Positions 8,333 to 14,213 of a stretch of 17,565 nucleotides of DNA are shown here, in pieces (position 1 is the stretch's first letter; each line of letters opens with the position of its first letter). The stretch covers positions 1 to 17,565 of the forward strand of contig JBJMMA010000078.1 of assembly GCA_045805065.1 (NCBI GenBank), in the 5' to 3' direction. The translations under genes and the position numbers were made by a program. This DNA is from Bdellovibrionia bacterium. GTDB lineage: Bacteria > Bdellovibrionota > UBA1018. The notes beneath the pieces were generated by a model that ran no database searches, was not told the origin of the DNA, and was given only the letters and a program-made list of their open reading frames with translations.

Positions 8333-8926
8333 GTGAATACTTCTCTGACGACCTTGTTTTCCAAGACAGAGCGAACCTATACAGGCCCTGAGCTCAGACC
8401 TCATTTTTTGCTTACCGAGCTCAAGCTTGAAGGATCAGGGATTGGCGCTTTCATCGGCCCGTGCCGAGTCGAGACCGCTCATCTCGTCGATTGGGAAGAT
8501 CGCCTGGCCAATGACCGGATCGAAGCCAAGAAGATGGTTCATTTCATTGGGGAGTTCTTTGGCGCCTCTCTTCGTGAGGGCGTTTTGATTCAAAGACTTT
8601 TCATGGCCAACGCTTTTGATACGCTCCGAGAAAGGCTTGAAGCTTCGGGCAAGTTTGGAGTGCTGCGCCGCGATGGGGATGATCTTTTTGTTCGGGGTGA
8701 AAAAGGGGAGCGAAAGCTCTCTGTATCGATCGTGACCGCATCCCCGGTCTCGCAGCTTCTTCATGCGGGAATTAATATCGACCCAACCGGCGCTCCTGTG
8801 CCGGCAGTTGGGCTGGCTGAACTTGGCGTGGATCCTACGGAATGGGTCCCAGCTCTTCTCGAGCGCTTTGCGAAGGAATGGAAAGGCATGGAGTGGGCTT
8901 GCGTGAAAGTCCGTCCCGTGGTGTAG
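8333..8926 (+). CDS. DUF366 family protein (PH0223-like)
   Basis: Y.G.EL..HF, F.GPC.V....VD.ED, M.HFI.E.F, QRL, R.GDDL...RKLSVSI.T, H.GINI and K.R.V at the C-terminus match my recollection of DUF366. GTG start 3 nt after the queC stop. Confidence 0.82.
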   Translation: MNTSLTTLFSKTERTYTGPELRPHFLLTELKLEGSGIGAFIGPCRVETAHLVDWEDRLANDRIEAKKMVHFIGEFFGASLREGVLIQRLFMANAFDTLRERLEASGKFGVLRRDGDDLFVRGEKGERKLSVSIVTASPVSQLLHAGINIDPTGAPVPAVGLAELGVDPTEWVPALLERFAKEWKGMEWACVKVRPVV

Positions 8927-8933
8927 GTATTCT

Positions 8934-10082
8934 ATGAGCTACAACCAGGTTCCTGAATACATTCGCAAGCTTGTTCCCTATGTTCCTGGGAAGCCGATCG
9001 AAGAAACTCAGCGCGAGTTCAATCTTCGCCGGGTCATAAAACTCGCATCCAATGAGAATCCTTTAGGCCCAAGCCCGAAAGCTCTTCAGGCCGCGCGCGA
9101 ATGCATGCGCGATCTGCACCGTTATCCGGATGCAAGCGCCTATGAGCTCAAGCACGCGCTGGCTGCGCATCTGAATGTCGCACCTCAATCCATTGTTCTT
9201 GGAAATGGCTCAAACGAGATCATCGATTTTCTGATTCGCACTTATTGCATCCCGGGGGATTCGATCGTCACCTGTCAGGCTGCGTTTGTGGCGTACAAGA
9301 TCTGCGCTCAGATTCATGGCGTGAACACGGTTGAAGTTCCGCTTGATTCGGAGCTTCGCTTCAGTCCGGCGGAAATGGTTCGCACGGTCGAGAAGAATCC
9401 TCGTGCGCGCGTCGTGTTTATCGCAAATCCGAACAACCCAACGGGTACTTACGTCACGACCCAGGAGATGAAGTATCTTCTGGACCGACTCTCCAAGATC
9501 CGCGGTGGATCCGTTTTGATCGCGCTCGATTACGCTTACTGGGAATATGTGACGGCCAAGGATCTTCCGGACCCGATGGAGCTTTTACGTCAGTATCCAA
9601 ATGTCGTCGTCATGCGCACTTTCTCGAAAGTGTACGGCATGGCTGGAATGCGCATTGGCTATGGCGTTGCGGCACCTGAAATCATCGCGCATCTTGAGAA
9701 GGTCAGACAGCCTTTCAACATGAACTCCATCTCGCTCGCAGGCGCGGTTGCGGCGCTCACTGACAAGACGTTTGTCAAAAAAGCGCGTACGCTGAATGCT
9801 CAAGGCATGAAGTTCTGGGAAAAAGAACTGAAAGCTCTGGGAATTCCTTTTTGGAAGAGCCAGGGCAATTTCATTCTGGCGGATGTTCAGAAAGCGACCG
9901 GAATGTCGGGCGCCGAGGCTTACCAGGCTTGTCTTCGCAAGGGTGTGATCTTCAGGCCCGTGACAAACTACGGCCTGGCTCATGCGCTTCGGATCAGCAT
10001 CGGCACGATGGCGGAAAACCGCGCAGGCATACGGGCATTGAAGACCTTGTTTCCGAAAGTATCCGCAAAGGCCAAAAAGTGA
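8934..10082 (+). CDS. hisC: Histidinol-phosphate aminotransferase family (HisC-like PLP aminotransferase)
   Basis: Y.PGKP, KLASNENPLGPSP, YPD, GNGSNE, NPNNPTG, D.AY, RTFSK.YG.AG.RIGY, and RISIGT..EN. Confidence 0.92.
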   Translation: MSYNQVPEYIRKLVPYVPGKPIEETQREFNLRRVIKLASNENPLGPSPKALQAARECMRDLHRYPDASAYELKHALAAHLNVAPQSIVLGNGSNEIIDFLIRTYCIPGDSIVTCQAAFVAYKICAQIHGVNTVEVPLDSELRFSPAEMVRTVEKNPRARVVFIANPNNPTGTYVTTQEMKYLLDRLSKIRGGSVLIALDYAYWEYVTAKDLPDPMELLRQYPNVVVMRTFSKVYGMAGMRIGYGVAAPEIIAHLEKVRQPFNMNSISLAGAVAALTDKTFVKKARTLNAQGMKFWEKELKALGIPFWKSQGNFILADVQKATGMSGAEAYQACLRKGVIFRPVTNYGLAHALRISIGTMAENRAGIRALKTLFPKVSAKAKK

Positions 10083-10099
10083 TTCGGGAGAGTCAGGAA

Positions 10100-10870
10100 A
10101 TGACCATTCCAAAGCTTGGACCTGTCATCGCCATCGATGGCCCTGCAGGAACGGGGAAGAGTTCCGCAACTCGCCGATTGGCTGACTCGCTCGGGTTTAT
10201 CCATGTCGATACCGGCGCTCTTTACCGGGCGGTTGCGTATCTGGTTCTGCAGCAGGCAGCTAAAGCACGCGGCGACCAGGCCCCTGAGGCAGTGACCGAA
10301 GGAACTGTGGAAATCCCAAACTTTGTTGAGAACGCGACGGAGACCGCCCGCTCGGTGCACCTTGAGTTCAAGCGCATGCCTCGGAAGAATCCAAAGAACC
10401 GCATCTATGCGAACGGCAAGGATGTGACCGGCTTTATCCGTACTCCGGAAGTCAGCATGCTGGCGTCAAAAGTTTCCGCCATTCCAGCGGTTCGCGCCTC
10501 GCTTTTGGGGCTGCAGCGCCGCCTGGGTTGCGTGGGTAAAAGCATTTTGGAAGGCCGTGACATTGGGACGGTCGTTTTCCCGGATGCCGATGTGAAGTTT
10601 TTCCTCACGGCTGATGTCGATGAGCGTGCCAAAAGGCGGCTTGCTGAGCTTGAAGCTTCCGGAGCTGACGCCCCATCTTTTGAGGAACTCAAGCGGCAGA
10701 TCGCTGAGCGGGATCGCGGAGATTCAGAACGTGCGATTGCCCCTCTTAAAAAAGCAGAAGATGCGCTAGAGTTAGATACGAGCCAAATGACTTTGGATGA
10801 AGTCGTGAACAGCATGGAAGCAACCGTTCGTCAAAAACTCGGAATAGCATCGGCAAAGAGGGGCGCTTGA
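10100..10870 (+). CDS. cmk: Cytidylate kinase
   Basis: VIAIDGPAGTGKSS, DTGALYRA, EGRDIGTVVFPDA.VKFFL.A....RA.RR, RD..DS.R..APL. The real start is most likely ATG 10100 (MTIPK), not the 9851 start in the track, which overlaps hisC. Confidence 0.96.
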   Translation: MTIPKLGPVIAIDGPAGTGKSSATRRLADSLGFIHVDTGALYRAVAYLVLQQAAKARGDQAPEAVTEGTVEIPNFVENATETARSVHLEFKRMPRKNPKNRIYANGKDVTGFIRTPEVSMLASKVSAIPAVRASLLGLQRRLGCVGKSILEGRDIGTVVFPDADVKFFLTADVDERAKRRLAELEASGADAPSFEELKRQIAERDRGDSERAIAPLKKAEDALELDTSQMTLDEVVNSMEATVRQKLGIASAKRGA

Positions 10871-12045
10871 GTAACTCGATTTCTCGTCGCGCATCGCGCG
10901 CTGGACTTCGGATTCTCGTGATTCGCCCGGATCGTCTCGGAGATGTCGTTTTATCGACGCCAGTCTTTGAGGTGATCAAGCGCCATTACCCGGATTCGCA
11001 CCTGACTCTCGTGGTGCGCGAAAGCGTCGCGCCCGTGGTTCGAGGGCTTCCATCCATCGATGAAGTTCTGATCTTTGATCCTGAGAAGCGGCACGCGGGC
11101 TTCCGTGGATTTTTGAGACTTGTGGAAGATTTCCGCAAAGGAAATTACCGGATCGCGGTCGTGCTTCAGGGCAATATGAAGATTGCCGCGGCAACCTTCT
11201 TTTCCAATATCCGTTACCGGGTTGGGCCCCTGAGCAAGATTTATTCATACTTCTTATTTAATCGCGGCATCCGCCAGCATCGTTCACAAGTGGAGATGCA
11301 TGAGACGGATTATAATCTCCAGCTTTTGCGCCGCCTGGGGATTCGTGTCAGCAGTCGTCGCGTTCCATTGCGCGTCAGTGTTCCGGATGAGAAGCGCGCT
11401 CAGGCTCGCGCCTGGCTATTGGGGAAGGGCTGGAATCCTGAGCAGCCTTTGGTTGCGGTTCACCCCGGAATGGGGGGCTCGGCTCTCAATTGGCCCGAGA
11501 CTCATTATGTCGAGTTTGTCCGTACTCTTTTAAAGGAAGGTCGTCAGGTTCTATTGACCGGAGGTCCTGCGGAAGTTTCGCTTTTGAACCGCATTGGCGA
11601 CGCGCTCGGCCCCCTGAAAGAAAAGGCGATCTTTTACTCAAACACGGAGCCTGTGGGCGGACTCGGAGCAACGCTTGAGTTTTTTGCGGGTCTCATCTCG
11701 CATGTCAGCCTGATGGTCGCGCCAAGCACTGGACCGCTTCATCTTGCTGTGGCCCTGGACCGTCCGGTTCTGACCTTTTATCCACCGATCCGCGTTCAGA
11801 GCGCGATTCGTTGGGGTCCGTATTTGAAAGACGAGTCTCGCGCAAGCGTCATGGTCCCGGATGTTTACTGTGGGCAGGATTTCAAATGCCTGGGAAATCT
11901 TTGCAATTACTTCCCATGTATGAAAAGCCTAACAGTGACGCAGGCGCTTGATCAGGCTAACCAGCAGTTGGCCAAAAGATCGTTGGAGATTGCGGATCAA
12001 GTCGCAAAAGAAATGGCTCCTGAAAAAGTTCCAGAAAAAGTTTAA
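10867..12045 (+). CDS. Glycosyltransferase family 9 (ADP-heptose:LPS heptosyltransferase-like)
   Basis: ILVIRPDRLGDVVLSTP, HE...NL.LL, VAVHPG, W....Y and STGPLHLA.A. TTG start overlaps the cmk stop (TTGA). Adjacent to a heptose kinase. Confidence 0.9.
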   Translation: MSNSISRRASRAGLRILVIRPDRLGDVVLSTPVFEVIKRHYPDSHLTLVVRESVAPVVRGLPSIDEVLIFDPEKRHAGFRGFLRLVEDFRKGNYRIAVVLQGNMKIAAATFFSNIRYRVGPLSKIYSYFLFNRGIRQHRSQVEMHETDYNLQLLRRLGIRVSSRRVPLRVSVPDEKRAQARAWLLGKGWNPEQPLVAVHPGMGGSALNWPETHYVEFVRTLLKEGRQVLLTGGPAEVSLLNRIGDALGPLKEKAIFYSNTEPVGGLGATLEFFAGLISHVSLMVAPSTGPLHLAVALDRPVLTFYPPIRVQSAIRWGPYLKDESRASVMVPDVYCGQDFKCLGNLCNYFPCMKSLTVTQALDQANQQLAKRSLEIADQVAKEMAPEKVPEKV

Positions 12046-12067
12046 GTCTAATCCCTGAGACAAGCAC

Positions 12068-13153
12068 ATGGCAAAGACCCGTAAAGCGGTGCAGAAGAAG
12101 TCTTTCAAAAACTACGAAATGGAAATGATCCGCCCCGAGCATTGGGAGCGGGGAAGACTCAGAGAAATTCTTCGTCGCAAGATGCCGCGCAAGAAGGTTC
12201 TGGTCATCGGCGATGTCGGCATGGATCGTTACACGATCGGACTGGTCGAGCGGATTTCTCCTGAGGCGCCTGTTCCGATCGTTCTCGTTGAAGATGAGCA
12301 GCATAAGCTGGGCCTTGCAGCGAACGTTGCCGATAATGTTTCATGTCTCGGCGGCATCCCCCTTTTGGTGGGGATCGTAGGTGCTGATCGCATCGCGCTC
12401 GATTTTAAAAAGCTTTTGAAGGTTTCCAAGATTCCTTCCCAGCATCTGATCGAAGACGCTCATCGTCGCACTGTTTTGAAAGAGCGTATCGTCAGTGATC
12501 GTCAGCAGCTTGTGCGCGTCGATTACGAAACGGTGGGCCCGATCAGTCAGGCAACAGAAGCTGTGCTCCTCAAGAAAGTGAAGCAGCTTCTGCCGCAGGC
12601 TGATTGCGTGATTCTTGAGGACTACGCGAAGGGTCTTTTAAGTGCCGAGCTTGCTGAAGAGATTTTTGCTCTGGCAAGGAAGGCTGGCAAATTTGTCGCG
12701 GTTGACCCGAACATGAAAACACCAGTGGGTTTTTATCGGGGCGCATCGGTTCTGACCCCGAACACCAAGGAAGCTGAGAAGCTTTCTGGCATTTCCATTT
12801 ATGACAATGAGTCACTTCTGGCCGCAGGCTCTGCCATTCTGAAGGCGACTGATGCCGAGCATGTCGTGATCACCCGCGGTAAAGACGGGATGGCGATCTT
12901 CTCCAAGGAAGATCATCGAGTGATGCTCATTCCGACTTACGCGCGTGAAGTCTATGACGTCTCGGGTGCAGGCGATACCGTGATCTCCGTTCTGGCTCTT
13001 GCCATGGCGGGTGGCGCTAGTGTCGTTGAAGCTGCAATCTTGGGAAATCTTGCGGCAGGCGTTGAAGTTGGTAAGCGCGGTACCGCGACCGTCACTCCGG
13101 ATGAAGTCGAAGTCGCTCTCGAGTTCTTTGGGGCGATGGGGATTTCTCAGTAG
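12068..13153 (+). CDS. rfaE1: D-glycero-beta-D-manno-heptose-7-phosphate kinase (stand-alone RfaE/HldE domain I, PfkB family)
   Basis: VLVIGD..MDRY..G.VERISPEAPVP, AANVA.N, QQLVRVD.E, DYAKG, TPN..E and EVYDVSGAGDTV; no adenylyltransferase domain. Confidence 0.93.
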   Translation: MAKTRKAVQKKSFKNYEMEMIRPEHWERGRLREILRRKMPRKKVLVIGDVGMDRYTIGLVERISPEAPVPIVLVEDEQHKLGLAANVADNVSCLGGIPLLVGIVGADRIALDFKKLLKVSKIPSQHLIEDAHRRTVLKERIVSDRQQLVRVDYETVGPISQATEAVLLKKVKQLLPQADCVILEDYAKGLLSAELAEEIFALARKAGKFVAVDPNMKTPVGFYRGASVLTPNTKEAEKLSGISIYDNESLLAAGSAILKATDAEHVVITRGKDGMAIFSKEDHRVMLIPTYAREVYDVSGAGDTVISVLALAMAGGASVVEAAILGNLAAGVEVGKRGTATVTPDEVEVALEFFGAMGISQ

Positions 13154-13228
13154 GGTCTAGGTCTGCGGTCAATGTTTTGACTCTGCGATCGATGATCGAT
13201 TTGACAGGTTCACTAATCGGGGCATTTA

Positions 13229-13236
13229 GCCGATAA
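13229..13236 (+). promoter_or_regulatory. Possible sigma28 (FliA) -10 element
   Basis: Exact GCCGATAA, 6 nt before ATG 13243. The -35 position (TCAC, 13210-13213) is only a partial match to TAAA. Confidence 0.35.
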
Positions 13237-13242
13237 GGCGAT

Positions 13243-14103
13243 ATGGGCTCGAGAGTCGTTCTTCGACTATATCCACTTTTTTTAGCCTGTTTGCTCAGCG
13301 TCGCTCCGCTCGTCGCTGCTCGCGCGCAGGATGAGATCAGCTCTCGGCTGATTGAGGATGTGAAAAGTACAGTCGAAGAAATCGCGAAGCTGCATCCTCC
13401 TGAGGAGTCTTACTATATTGGAATCGGGGGGAGTCCAACGCCTGTCATTGCTTTGATGCAAGAAGCAGGACTCTCTGCGGCAAACGTCCCGGCTTCTCGA
13501 AGTGGAGCGCTAGTCGGTGTAGCGAAAAATAATGCTCAGTATCACGAGAATCTATTTCGACATCTCGATCAATTTATTCCCAAGCCGGAAGTGTTGGGAA
13601 ATCGAAAATTAGTGGTGATGGATTTTACGTATAGTGGCGCCTCGTTAATGAATTTCAAAGACGCGTTGGAATACTATTTCAAAGAGCGTGGTTTGCATCT
13701 TCCCCATCAATTTGTGGCTCTCAGGTCAAGCCAAACTCAAGGTCAATATCTTGAAGAAGGTGTCCAACACATCTATTTGCCTAAATATCTCGAGGAAGTA
13801 TTGTCGAATAACTCTGGGTTTAAGCAAGTGTATCGGGAATACGATTCTTGGGAAGCGTCAAAGACACAGGCGTACCGGCCACCGCAGCAACGAGCGCGGT
13901 ATCTTGAATTGCGAGCACGCTTTGGTTTAGCCTTGAGGCAAGATCCAAAGTTTTTAGAGCGTATCAAACGGACTCATTTTGTTCGTCCTCAACATGAAAA
14001 TGTGAACATGACTACGAATGCGGATACGAGTGGGAATACGGGTTCTAGAGAGAAGCGAGGCTGCGTTATTGGGTTTCTCAGACGTATCTTTACGAAGCGT
14101 TAG
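13243..14103 (+). CDS. Hypothetical secreted protein with a PRTase-like motif
   Basis: 286 aa with a Sec-type signal (…LVAARA-QD), YYIGIGGSP and LVVMDFTYSGASL. The last resembles the type I PRTase PRPP-binding loop. Confidence 0.7.
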   Translation: MGSRVVLRLYPLFLACLLSVAPLVAARAQDEISSRLIEDVKSTVEEIAKLHPPEESYYIGIGGSPTPVIALMQEAGLSAANVPASRSGALVGVAKNNAQYHENLFRHLDQFIPKPEVLGNRKLVVMDFTYSGASLMNFKDALEYYFKERGLHLPHQFVALRSSQTQGQYLEEGVQHIYLPKYLEEVLSNNSGFKQVYREYDSWEASKTQAYRPPQQRARYLELRARFGLALRQDPKFLERIKRTHFVRPQHENVNMTTNADTSGNTGSREKRGCVIGFLRRIFTKR

Positions 14104-14177
14104 CTCGTTCCACGGATACGCGCAGCAATGGGGTTCCGGGAAGGTTGATGACGATGTGCGTCTTTAGGGTAGTGGTC

Positions 14178-14206
14178 TTGTTATAGCCCAATTGCCAGGC
14201 TATAGT
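14178..14206 (+). promoter_or_regulatory. Putative sigma70 promoter of the MetRS-like gene (likely leaderless mRNA)
   Basis: TTGTTA (14178-83), 17 nt, TATAGT (14201-06). The GTG start is 7 nt downstream, with no SD. Confidence 0.45.
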
Positions 14207-14213
14207 CGGGCCC

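Noticed and set aside
7200..8926. Dpd-type DNA 7-deazaguanine modification/defence island
   Set aside because: No dpdA/tgt-like, helicase or mobility genes nearby; the context is a housekeeping operon.
9851..10099. 83-aa N-terminal extension of Cmk in the ORF track
   Set aside because: It overlaps hisC in another frame. The Cmk P-loop begins right after ATG 10100, which has purine-rich sequence upstream.
12019..12042. 12-bp tandem duplication (PEKV-PEKV) at the GT9 end
   Set aside because: Only two imperfect copies in a probably disordered tail; no functional implication.
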